Origin: Chloroflexota bacterium
Lineage (GTDB): Bacteria > Chloroflexota > Limnocylindria > P2-11E
DNA length: 64,000 bases
Assembly (NCBI GenBank): GCA_016194865.1
Contig: JACQAT010000001.1
Coordinates: forward strand, 9,457 to 73,456
Direction: 5' to 3'
A program made the position numbers and the translations under genes. The notes below the pieces were generated by a model, which ran no database searches, was not told the origin of the DNA, and saw only the letters and a program-made list of their open reading frames with translations. Below, piece after piece: positions 1 to 8,137 of the stretch (its first letter is position 1; the number at the start of each line of letters is the position of its first letter).

Positions 1-75
1 CGCCGGCACGCCGATCGCGCCCAGCACGACGACCGCCGCGATGGCCCCGACGACGACGATGCCTGCTCGGCGCAC
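1..75 (-). CDS. partial CDS: N-terminus of a membrane-anchored protein running off the window edge
   Basis: GTG at 75 opens a frame reading MRRAGIVVVGAIAAVVVLGAIGVPA, a hydrophobic N-terminal helix. Only 25 codons are visible, so no family call is possible. Confidence 0.25.
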   Translation of the reverse strand, partial: MRRAGIVVVGAIAAVVVLGAIGVPA

Positions 76-97
76 GCGAGCCCGATGATATCGACGG

Positions 98-682
98 ATG
101 ACGGGACTGGATCGCCTGCTCCAGCGATGGCGCATCGCGATGGCCGCACCGTGGATCCCCGCTGGTGCGCGCGTGCTCGATGTCGGGTGCGCCGATGGCG
201 CGCTCTTCGCTGTTCTGCGCGACCGGGTGGCCGGTGGCGTCGGCATCGATCCCGGCGCGCCCACCACACGCGCGCGGGAGGGACTGCGCTTCGTGCGCGG
301 TGCGTTCCCCGCCGACGCACCGGACGAGCGCTTCGACGCGATCACCATGCTCGCGGTCGTCGAGCATCTGCCGGCCTCTTCATACGCGTCCGTGGCCGCC
401 ACTGCGGCGAGGCTGCTCGGCGAGGGCGGGCGACTGATCGTGACCGTCCCCGAGCCGGCGGTCGATCGGATCGTGGAGCTCCTGCGGTCCCTACGGCTCG
501 CGCACGGGATGTCGGTCCACGAGCATCACGGGTTCTTGATCGCGCAGACGCGCGCCATCTTCGAGCCGGCCGGTTTCCGGCTCATCACGCATCGTCGCTT
601 TCAGCTGGGCCTGAACAACCTCTTCGTCTTCGAACGACGAGCAGGCTCGTCGCCTGTCACGGCCGCGGTCGCGGGGAGCTGA
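98..682 (+). CDS. class I SAM-dependent methyltransferase
   Basis: ATG ORF of 194 aa. Has the glycine-rich SAM motif VLDVGCADG and the downstream FDAITMLAVVEHL segment typical of Methyltransf_11/23-like enzymes. Confidence 0.8.
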   Translation: MTGLDRLLQRWRIAMAAPWIPAGARVLDVGCADGALFAVLRDRVAGGVGIDPGAPTTRAREGLRFVRGAFPADAPDERFDAITMLAVVEHLPASSYASVAATAARLLGEGGRLIVTVPEPAVDRIVELLRSLRLAHGMSVHEHHGFLIAQTRAIFEPAGFRLITHRRFQLGLNNLFVFERRAGSSPVTAAVAGS

Positions 683-2579
683 CGTCGCCGAAGACCTCGG
701 GATCCCACTCGAGGCCGAGGTCGGTCGGCGAGCCCATGTAGCCGAGCATCGCGGACGCGGCGACGACGGCCGGGCTCGCCAGATATCCCTCGCCGCCGAC
801 GCCCATGCGGTTCGCCCAGTTGCGATTGAACGACGTGATCGCGCGCTGACCCGGCTTCAGCGCGTCGGGCCCCTGGCCGAAGCACGGGCCGCACCACGAC
901 TCGCGGATCTCGCCGCCGGCGTCGCGGAGCACGCTCGCGATCGACTTCCCGTCGAGGCGCGCGTCCGGCTTCTCGATGTCGCGCTTCACCTCGCCGGAGC
1001 CGGGGAAGATGACGAGCTCCGTCGTGGATTCACTTCGCCCGTGCGCGCGCGCGCCGCGCAGCACGAGCGCCGCCTCGAGCAGGTCGTCGTAGCCACCGTT
1101 CGTGCACGACCCGATGAGCGCCTTGTCGAAGGCGATCCGCTCCTTCGCGACCTCTTCGGCCGGGAACGCGTTGCCGGGGCTGAACGGCTTCGCGACGAGC
1201 GGCCGCACCTCCGAGAGGTCGACGACCTCGTCGATCTCGTACCGCGCGTCGGCGCCGGGCGCGATGCGCGGGTAGGGGAGCTCGCCCTTTCCCTTCGCGC
1301 GATACCACGCGTACGTGAGGTCATCGGCGGCGAAGATCCCGTTCATCGCCTCGGCCTCGGCCATCATGTTCGCGATCGTGTTGCGGTAGCTCACCGGCAG
1401 CTGCCCGTCCGCGTCGACGAACTCGACGCTCATGCCCTGCGCCTGCTTCGCGCCCCAGCGGCGCAGCACGGTGAGCACGACGTCCTTGCCGCTCGCCCAC
1501 GGCTGCAGCGTGCCGCGGAACACGACGCGGCGCTGCTTCGGCACGGTGAAGTACACGTACCCGGTCGCCCAGCCGAAGCCGAGAGAGGTCGAGCCGACGC
1601 CGAAGCCCGCCGCGCCATACGCGCCGTACGCGCGGCTGTGCGAGTCGGCCCCCGGGATGAACGCGCCGGGGACGACCAGGCCCTGCTCCGGGAAATAGAA
1701 GTGGAAGATCCCGTCACCCGGTGTCGCGTAGTACGGCTTGCCGATCCCGTGCTTCCCGGCGAAGGCGCGTCCGATCGACGTCTGCTTCTAATCGATCTCC
1801 TTGCCGGTGAAGACGAAGTGGTCGTTGGCGATCGCGATCTGGCGCGGGTCGATGAGATCGCCGCCGGTGATCTTGTCGAAGGTGTGGATGGAGAACGGCG
1901 CCGTGCCGTCGGACGCCGGCAGCAGGTCGGCGTAGACGCGGAGCGTCGCGCCCGGCGCGACCTCGGCATCCCTGTCGACGCGGTGCGACCACACGATCTG
2001 CTCGGTCGTCGTCATCCTGCGCGCGAGCGACGCGTCGGCCCATTCGATGCTCGGCTCGCGGGCGATCGATGCGGCGAGCTCGCGCCGGCCGACCGCGAGG
2101 ATGCCGTCCGATCGCCGGATCGATTCCTCCTGCGGGCTGAGCGGTACAGGGTCGTAGGTCCTCGCGCGCGTCTCGTTGGTCAGACGCCGCGTGACGGGGT
2201 CGAACGCGAACGCGTCGCCCTCTTGCGCGTCGTTCACCGCCTCGGTGCTCTGCACGACGTGGAGCCCGAGGTTCAGCGCGTTGCGCCGGAAGATGTCGCC
2301 CATGTTCGCGCCGCAGACGATCACGAGCTCGAGCCCGGCCTCCTCGGCCACGCCCTTCAGTCCGGCGGGGCTCATCTCGCGCGACGAGCCGATGGCGAAG
2401 CGGTCGCCCGCGACGAGGAACGTCTCGCCCCGGTGCACGCGCTCGCGGAAGTCGGGCATCAGGTAGCGGAACGAGCCCGCCTTCCAGCGCTCGTCGAGCG
2501 TCTCGAGGCTCTCTGACACGCAGTCGCTGGCGGGCGTGATCTGGTCGGTGTCGATCGTGGCCAGCTTCTGGCCCGGCAC
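657..2579 (-). pseudogene. fused LeuD/LeuC-type aconitase-family hydro-lyase interrupted by a single in-frame TAG (1788..1790)
   Basis: ORFs 1788..2579 and 657..1556 share one frame, and the 231 nt between them are open and homologous. The N-terminal swivel domain (GDRFAIGSSRE, GDIFRRNALNLG) is followed by catalytic domains (GADSHS, GSCTNG, CGPCFG). The only lesion seen is the amber codon. Confidence 0.7.
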
Positions 2580-2724
2580 CTTGGGGTCCCAGAAGATCAG
2601 CGATCTGCCTCGGACCGTGCGCGCGCTCGCGCCGGGCGCGCGCTCGGGCGTGGCGTTGATCGGCGCCTCGGCGCCCGGTTTCAGATGCGCGGGTCTGATG
2701 GTCTGGATATGGGAATTGTGCGCG

Positions 2725-3864
2725 CTAGACGACGCTTGTTGCCGCGAGTCCCTCGGTCACCTCGCGTCCGAGCCGGGCGCTGCCGTAGAGCTCGCCGAGC
2801 AGCTGGTGGTACGGCACACCCGAGAAGACGTGGTGGCTCTTGGTCGGCAGGTCGTCGTCCGCCCACTCGGCATGCTGCATCTCGATGTACGGGCGCTCGT
2901 TCCGCGCCGCCATCGAACGCAGCAGCCGGCTGAAGCCGTAGGCCATCGAATGCTGCGCCGCCAGCGTGATGAAGATGAACTTGTGTCCGAGCTGCCCGAG
3001 CTCCGCGAAGGTGAGCGGGTTCGATTCGTTGAACCACTTGAACGAGCTCGAGAAGTTGAACGCGAGCTGCGCGTCGGGGTAGCGCTTGAGCACCTCGTCG
3101 GCGAACTTCTCCACGGGCCCGCGCTCGGCGGTGGGGAACTCGCACCACACCAAATCTGGAATTCCGCTGTCGAGGTAGCGATACGCGCGCTCCAGCGCGA
3201 GGTCGAGCCCGCGCTCGTCCTCCAGCGCGTCGACGGCCGACACGCCGTCGGTCCGCGCGACGATGACGAAGTCCTTGTTCCCGAGGTCGTCGGCCACGGC
3301 GCGCATCATGCGCAGCTTGCCGACCATCTCACCTGCGGGGATCAGCGCCTTGCCGGCGATGTGGCCGCAGCGCTTCGGCGCGACCTGGTCCTCGATGTGC
3401 GCCGCGGCGACGCCCGCGTTGACGTAGAGCTCGGTCGTGCGCTGGACGTTGAAGACGTTGCCATATCCCGTGTCCATGTCGACGAGGACCGGCGGGATCT
3501 CGAGCGTCTTCCCTGGCACGCCGTGCTCGAGATCGCCCACGGCCGCCGTGAGCTGCAGCTTCCGCAGCGCGCTCACGGTGCGGCGGGCGCCGTCGGCGAT
3601 CTCGACGCTGGAGTACAGATCCATGTCGGTGGCGCCGAGATGCCCCATCGCGAACGAGTAGCCGCTGAAGTAGATGGCGTCGACCCCGTGGTACATCGCG
3701 ATCTGCGCGCCGTGGGGGTCGTACACGCCCGGCGCGAACACGTAGGGCTTCTCCTTCAGAAGCCTGCGGAGCCTGATCGAGGGATGCTCCGAGCGGGACC
3801 GCGGGAGCGTGATGCCGTCGGGCAGCAGGGGACTGGGCATGGTCCGCTCGGTCATCTCGGGCAC
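2725..3864 (-). CDS. isocitrate lyase / 2-methylisocitrate lyase-like enzyme (ICL/PEP-mutase superfamily)
   Basis: 379 aa with a GTG start preceded by GAAGGA. Carries the VDMDTGYG metal site and HIEDQVAPKRCGHIAGK, the catalytic Cys loop of lyases. It lacks the PEP-mutase EDKx5NS signature. Confidence 0.8.
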   Translation of the reverse strand: MPEMTERTMPSPLLPDGITLPRSRSEHPSIRLRRLLKEKPYVFAPGVYDPHGAQIAMYHGVDAIYFSGYSFAMGHLGATDMDLYSSVEIADGARRTVSALRKLQLTAAVGDLEHGVPGKTLEIPPVLVDMDTGYGNVFNVQRTTELYVNAGVAAAHIEDQVAPKRCGHIAGKALIPAGEMVGKLRMMRAVADDLGNKDFVIVARTDGVSAVDALEDERGLDLALERAYRYLDSGIPDLVWCEFPTAERGPVEKFADEVLKRYPDAQLAFNFSSSFKWFNESNPLTFAELGQLGHKFIFITLAAQHSMAYGFSRLLRSMAARNERPYIEMQHAEWADDDLPTKSHHVFSGVPYHQLLGELYGSARLGREVTEGLAATSVV

Positions 3865-3879
3865 CGTCCTTCTGGTGTT

Positions 3880-4023
3880 CTAGTTGTCGTGGTCGCGGTC
3901 GCACAGGTCCGGGCAGCCGCAGATCGCGGTGTCCTGGATCGTGCGCACCGGCTGCGCGCGCGTGATGGCGATCTCGACGATCTCATCGACGAGCGCGTGG
4001 TCGAGAAGCTCTTGTGTGTCCAT
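3880..4023 (-). CDS. candidate small acidic Cys-containing protein (46 aa), first gene of the lyase operon
   Basis: ATG..TAG ORF below the track cutoff: MDTQELLDHALVDEIVEIAITRAQPVRTIQDTAICGCPDLCDRDHDN. About 42 of 47 codons end in G/C, as in the real genes here. It ends 15 nt before the lyase start. No SD is present, but TTGACT-17nt-GAAAGT sits so that transcription could begin at the ATG (leaderless). Confidence 0.4.
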   Translation of the reverse strand: MDTQELLDHALVDEIVEIAITRAQPVRTIQDTAICGCPDLCDRDHDN

Positions 4024-4105
4024 GGAGGGACTTTCGGCCGGCGAGCGACCTCAGTCAAATGGATTTAGCGGATATGTTGTATCAGCGCGGTTTATAGTCT
4101 CGGTC

Positions 4106-5104
4106 ATGCAGCTCGCACAGCTCGAGGCCTTGTTGCAAGCGGCGCGGCTCGGCAGCGTCAGCCGCGCGGCGGACGCGCTGTTCGTCAGTCAGCCCGCGTT
4201 GACGGCGCGCCTCAATGCGCTCGAGGAGGAGCTCGGCTCGGTCCTCCTGGTGCGCGGCCGTCGTGGTGCCCGGCTCACGGATGCGGGACGCGCCTTCCTG
4301 CCCTACGCCGCTCGAGCCGTGGAGACGGCGGACGAGGGACGAGCGCTCGTCGCGCGGCTCGAGCGTGGCGAGAGCGGTGAGCTCGCGATCGGCGCGGCGC
4401 CCGCGATCTCCGCCTACGCGCTGCCGCCCGCGCTCCGTGATCTGCAGAAGCGCTTCCCCGATCTCCGCCTGTCGGTGCGCAGCGGGCATTCCGAGGAGGT
4501 GCTCGGGCTGGTGCTCGCCGATGCCGTACAGGTCGGCCTGACGCGCGCCCTCTTGCACCCGGAGATCGAGAGCATCCCGCTCTACCAGGACGAGCTCGTC
4601 CTCGTCTGCGACTCCCGACATCGCTTCGCGAAGGACGCGCGCATCAGGCCGGCCGCCATCTCCGGCGAGCGGCTGATCATGTTCGACCGCACGTCCAGCT
4701 ATCACGAGCTCACCAGCGCGATGCTCCGCGAAGCGGGAGTCGCGCCCGGTCAGCTGATGGAGCTCGACAACGCTGAGGCCGCGAAGAAGATGGTCGAGGA
4801 GGGCCTTGGGATCGCGTTGCTGCCGCGGACCGCCGTGCTGCGCGAGATCGCGGATCGCTCTCTGCGGGTCGTGAGCGTCATAGGGTTCCCGACGGTCAAG
4901 CGCCAGATCGTCGCGCTGCGCCGTCGCGATTCGGGTGAGCCGCTCAAGCCCCTCGCGGCGCTGCTCGATCTGCTGTCAGACGGCGGTCAGCGCCGTGCTC
5001 AGACGAGCGCGACTGTGACGTCACGCGCGGCGCGAACCGCGCGCGCCAGGCGCACGTCGGTCGTAAGCAGCCGGGCGCCGAGGCGCTCCGCGAGGGCGAC
5101 GTAG
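4106..5104 (+). CDS. LysR family transcriptional regulator
   Basis: The HTH is LGSVSRAADALFVSQPALTARLNALEEELG, followed by a LysR substrate-binding domain. It is divergent from the lyase operon. ATG 4106 was chosen because upstream residues are Ser/Arg-rich junk. The last ~45 codons are Arg-rich and overlap vapC antisense. Confidence 0.85.
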   Translation: MQLAQLEALLQAARLGSVSRAADALFVSQPALTARLNALEEELGSVLLVRGRRGARLTDAGRAFLPYAARAVETADEGRALVARLERGESGELAIGAAPAISAYALPPALRDLQKRFPDLRLSVRSGHSEEVLGLVLADAVQVGLTRALLHPEIESIPLYQDELVLVCDSRHRFAKDARIRPAAISGERLIMFDRTSSYHELTSAMLREAGVAPGQLMELDNAEAAKKMVEEGLGIALLPRTAVLREIADRSLRVVSVIGFPTVKRQIVALRRRDSGEPLKPLAALLDLLSDGGQRRAQTSATVTSRAARTARARRTSVVSSRAPRRSARAT

Positions 5105-5388
5105 GTGGCGTCGTACGCGGAGAAGTTGTCGCGCAGCTCGAGGATCCTGCCGAGCAGCGGCAGGTGGGTGTGTCGGGTGAGCGGGAGACCGGTAAGATCG
5201 CGAAGCGCGTGGCCCGCTCGCTGAGACTCGAGCTGGCCGGCGTGCATCAGTCGCCGCAGCGCGGATGCGACCTCGATGTCGCATAACGCGGGCACGTGCA
5301 ACAGGTCGCCACTGAGGATCGCGTCGCGGGCAGCCGTAGTCGGCCCGCGGCGCAACAGATAGTCAACGACCGCCGATGCGTCGAGCAC
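4999..5388 (-). CDS. vapC: PIN-domain ribonuclease toxin VapC
   Basis: 129 aa with an LDASAVVDYL N-terminus and the DATYVALAERLGARLLTTD acidic motifs of PIN domains. It lies immediately downstream of a small RHH/Arc-like antitoxin gene. Confidence 0.85.
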   Translation of the reverse strand: MLDASAVVDYLLRRGPTTAARDAILSGDLLHVPALCDIEVASALRRLMHAGQLESQRAGHALRDLTGLPLTRHTHLPLLGRILELRDNFSAYDATYVALAERLGARLLTTDVRLARAVRAARDVTVALV

Positions 5389-5396
5389 GAGGTCAG

Positions 5397-5657
5397 CTAT
5401 CGGCGGTCCCGCTCGCGCATGACGCGTTCTCGCGCCTCGCGCTCTCGGCGGATGATCTCCGCACTCGAGTACGGGAGCTCGACCGGGGTGCGGCTCTCGA
5501 TCCGTCTGACGATCTCTTCCCGAGATGGTCGGCTGACCTCGGCCTCAAGAAGCTCCTCGACGAACGCGGTCAGGGTCTGGCCCCGCGCTTTCGCGCGGCG
5601 GCGGAGCTCGCGGTGGAGCGCGTCGGGCACATTTCGCACCTGGATCATCTTGCTCAT
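5397..5657 (-). CDS. vapB: VapB-type (FitA/Arc-like ribbon-helix-helix) antitoxin
   Basis: MSKMIQVRNVPDALHRELRRRAKARGQTLTAFVEELL is a typical RHH antitoxin N-terminus. The start is placed at ATG 5657, downstream of the palindromic operator. The longest ORF starts at GTG 5684. Confidence 0.75.
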   Translation of the reverse strand: MSKMIQVRNVPDALHRELRRRAKARGQTLTAFVEELLEAEVSRPSREEIVRRIESRTPVELPYSSAEIIRREREARERVMRERDRR

Positions 5658-5669
5658 CGGACGATGCTT

Positions 5670-5690
5670 GCACATGTGCCGCACATGTGC
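5670..5690. promoter_or_regulatory. tandem perfect palindromes GCACATGTGC-c-GCACATGTGC, putative VapBC operator
   Basis: Two copies of a 10-bp self-complementary sequence lie 1 nt apart, directly 5' of vapB. TA promoters are classically autoregulated through such repeats. Confidence 0.5.
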
Positions 5691-5695
5691 CAGGT

Positions 5696-6928
5696 CTATG
5701 GTTTTGAGAGGGCCGCGAGCTGCTCGTCGCTGAGGAGCCGGTCCGAGGCCTTCGCGGCGTCGAAGATGCGCGCGATCCGCTCGCGCGTCGGCTCGTACCC
5801 GTGCTTCTCGAGCCAGTAGATGGCGTTCGACTCGCCGCTCATCGGTCCGACCTCGATCGTCTGCTCTCGCCCCACGACACTCGCGGGCACGCCGCTGTAC
5901 ACGCGATCCGCGAGGCCCTGGTCACCCTTGCGCAGCGCCTTGATGACCGCGGCCGCGTGCACGCCGGTCCCGGTGCGGAACGCGTCCGCGCCGAGGGCGG
6001 GATAGTTTGGCGGCAGCGCGGCGCCGCAATGCTCCGCGACGAGCGCGGCGTACTCGACGAGCGGCGTGAGGTCCCGGTCGATCAGACCCCACAGCTGGAG
6101 ATTCACGAGCAGCTGATCCATGGACGTGTTCCCGACGCGCTCGCCGATGCCGAGCGCGCAGCCGTGCACCCGGTCCGCGATCGCGGTCGCGGTCAGCGCG
6201 TTGATCGTGCCCAGCCCGCGGTCGTTGTGGCCGTGGTAATCGAGCTTGACGTCGCGACCGCGCACGATCTCGTCGCGCGCGAACGCGAGCACGTTGCGCA
6301 CGCCCTCCGGTGTCGCGTGGCCGACCGTGTCGGAGATGCAGATGCGCGTCGCGCCGGCGCCGATCGCGGTCTCGTTGAGCTTGATGAGCGTCTCCGGGTC
6401 GGCGCGCGTTGTGTCCTCGGTGACGAACATGACCGCGAGACCCGCTCTCACGAGCGTCGCCACCGACTCTTCGACGCTCCGGAGCATCGTGTCGAGCGAC
6501 CAATCCTCCGCGAGACGCCGGATCGGGCTGGAGCCGATGAACGCGCATGCCTCGATCGGCACGCCGGCCTCGACCGAGGCCTCGATCGCGCCCTGTACGT
6601 CCGCCGGATGCGTGCGGATCGCGAGATTCGGCTTGAGCCGTAGCTTCACCGTCTCCTTCGCGAGCGCGACGATCGTCTCGCGCGCCTGCGCCGACGCGCC
6701 GGGCAGGCCGATGTCCGCGCTCTCGATGCCCAGCTGATCCATGAGCTGAAGCAGGCGGATCTTCACCGCGAGTGGCGGGTTGCGGACCGACGGCCCTTGC
6801 AGGCCGTCGCGGAGCGTCTCGTCGTCGAGCTCGACCGCGCGGTAGTTGGCCGTCGACGCGCGGCCGTCGCGGTTCCAGTCGTATATGAGGTCTTCCCGGT
6901 CGCCCCGCTCCTTCGGCATCGGCGTCAT
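5696..6928 (-). CDS. 2-isopropylmalate/homocitrate/citramalate synthase family enzyme (DRE-TIM metallolyase) lacking the LeuA regulatory domain
   Basis: 410 aa. Has LDDETLRDGLQ at the N-terminus, HGHNDRGLG, and the GERVGN motif of the HMGL-like/IPMS family. There is no C-terminal LeuA dimerisation/allosteric domain. Confidence 0.85.
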   Translation of the reverse strand: MTPMPKERGDREDLIYDWNRDGRASTANYRAVELDDETLRDGLQGPSVRNPPLAVKIRLLQLMDQLGIESADIGLPGASAQARETIVALAKETVKLRLKPNLAIRTHPADVQGAIEASVEAGVPIEACAFIGSSPIRRLAEDWSLDTMLRSVEESVATLVRAGLAVMFVTEDTTRADPETLIKLNETAIGAGATRICISDTVGHATPEGVRNVLAFARDEIVRGRDVKLDYHGHNDRGLGTINALTATAIADRVHGCALGIGERVGNTSMDQLLVNLQLWGLIDRDLTPLVEYAALVAEHCGAALPPNYPALGADAFRTGTGVHAAAVIKALRKGDQGLADRVYSGVPASVVGREQTIEVGPMSGESNAIYWLEKHGYEPTRERIARIFDAAKASDRLLSDEQLAALSKP

Positions 6929-6937
6929 GATGCGCCG

Positions 6938-7957
6938 CTACGCCACCGCACGGTCCATCGCACCGGCGACGCGACGCAGACGGCCCATCAGCTCGGCGAA
7001 CGCGCGCGGCTCGAGCGACTGCTGGCCGTCGGAGAGCGCGACACGCGGGTCCCGGTGCACCTCGATGAGCAGACCGTCCGCGCCGGCGGCCGCGCCGGCG
7101 AGCGCGAGCGACGGGACGAGATCGCGCTCGCCCGCGGCGTGACTCGGATCGACGACGAGCGGCAGCCAGGTCAGCTTCTTCAGGACGGGGATCGAGCCGA
7201 GGTCGAGCGTGAAGCGCGTCGACTGCTCGAAGGTGCGGATGCCGCGCTCGCAGAGCGCGACCTCGAGGTTGCCCTGGCTGAGGACGTACTCCGCGGCCTG
7301 CACGAGCTCGTTCACGGTGGAGCCGAGACCGCGCTTGAGCAGCACGGGCTTCTTCGCGATACCCGCGGCACGCAGCAGCGCGAAGTTCGCCATGTTGCGC
7401 GAGCCGATCTGCAGCATGTCGGCGTACTTCGCGACGATCGCGACGTCCTCCGGCGCGACGACCTCGGTGACGACGGCCATGCCGAGCCTGTCCGCGACGC
7501 GACGAAGCATCTGGAGGCCATCCTCGCCGAGCCCCTGGAAGCTGTACGGCGAGGTGCGCGGCTTGAACGCGCCACCGCGCAGCACGCGGCAGCCTGCGGC
7601 GGCGACGCCCTCGGCCGTCTCGCGCAGCTGGTCCTCGCTCTCGACGGCGCACGGTCCGGCCATGATCGTGAGCCCGCCGCCACCGAGCTTCACGCCGTTC
7701 GCGAGCGTGATGACGCCATCCTTCTCGTGAAAGTCGCGGCTCGCGAGCTTGAAGGGATGCAGGATCGGCACGACGCGCTCGACCTCGTCGAGCACCGCGA
7801 ACGTGTCGGTGCCCACTGGCCGCTCGTCGCCGACGACGGCGATGACGGTGCGCTCCACGCCCGCTATCACGTGCGGCGTGAAGCCCAGCTCCTTCACGTG
7901 CGCGGTGACCGCGTCGACCGATGTCTTGCTCGCGTGCGCTTTCATGATGATGACCAC
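6938..7957 (-). CDS. 3-deoxy-7-phosphoheptulonate (DAHP) synthase, type I-beta with N-terminal ferredoxin/ACT-like domain
   Basis: Motifs GPCAVES, KPRTSPYSFQGLG, LKRG and VDPSH. The N-terminal ~65 aa resemble the regulatory domain of the Thermotoga-type enzyme. GTG 7957 is preceded by AGGAAGGGA; ATG 7945 is the alternative. Confidence 0.85.
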   Translation of the reverse strand: MVIIMKAHASKTSVDAVTAHVKELGFTPHVIAGVERTVIAVVGDERPVGTDTFAVLDEVERVVPILHPFKLASRDFHEKDGVITLANGVKLGGGGLTIMAGPCAVESEDQLRETAEGVAAAGCRVLRGGAFKPRTSPYSFQGLGEDGLQMLRRVADRLGMAVVTEVVAPEDVAIVAKYADMLQIGSRNMANFALLRAAGIAKKPVLLKRGLGSTVNELVQAAEYVLSQGNLEVALCERGIRTFEQSTRFTLDLGSIPVLKKLTWLPLVVDPSHAAGERDLVPSLALAGAAAGADGLLIEVHRDPRVALSDGQQSLEPRAFAELMGRLRRVAGAMDRAVA

Positions 7958-7980
7958 TACTTCCCTTCCTGCCGATCGGC

Positions 7981-8011
7981 AACAAAAAAGCGCGGAGCCC
8001 CTGCTCCGCGC
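7981..8011 (-). terminator. rho-independent terminator between the binding-protein gene and the DAHP synthase gene
   Basis: The minus strand reads GCGCGGAGC-AGGG-GCUCCGCGC (9-bp GC stem, 4-nt loop) followed by UUUUUUGUU. Confidence 0.75.
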
Positions 8012-8137
8012 CTCCAGCTGCTTCGTCGGTCTACCGTCTATTGGTCGGGACGGACCTCCGAGGCGGTCATGGCGGCGCAGAGCCTCCCGGCCCGCGCATA
8101 CCCGAACCGCCACGTAAAGGACGTCACGCGCCGCATG

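Noticed and set aside
1788-1790. Pyrrolysine or genome-wide amber reassignment as the explanation for the in-frame TAG.
   Set aside because: TAG terminates several neighbouring, well-supported genes: ykoE 12131, hbd 16251, the GAF kinase 47811 and the regulator 47879. No pyl genes are visible. Nothing about the enzyme family suggests Pyl.
2725-6928. Phosphonate biosynthesis cluster, by analogy with FR-900098/phosphinothricin early steps: PEP mutase + homocitrate-synthase-like + aconitase-like.
   Set aside because: The ICL/PEP-mutase-superfamily protein has EDQVAPKRCGH, the lyase catalytic Cys loop, rather than the PEP-mutase EDKx5NS signature. No phosphonopyruvate decarboxylase or other phosphonate genes are present.
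5922-7985. 687-aa ORF on the minus strand spanning the synthase and DAHP synthase genes. Similar giant ORFs occur at 56330..58753, 37667..39574, 39223..40770, 1041..2516, 2536..4068, 12130..13563, 10850..12139, 25702..26925, 31143..32876, 35089..36411, 60800..62068 and 19376..20977.
   Set aside because: Their products are Arg/Ala/Gly/Pro-rich low-complexity strings with no motifs. They lie antisense to, or out of frame with, genes that have clear family signatures. They are typical stop-poor shadow frames of very GC-rich DNA.
8012-8137. Aromatic-amino-acid leader-peptide attenuator upstream of the DAHP synthase gene.
   Set aside because: The small ORFs in this leader (MRGPGGSAPP, MTASEVRPDQ) contain no Phe/Tyr/Trp codons. 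The strong hairpin with a U-run is adequately explained as the terminator of the upstream E1-alpha/lipoprotein operon.
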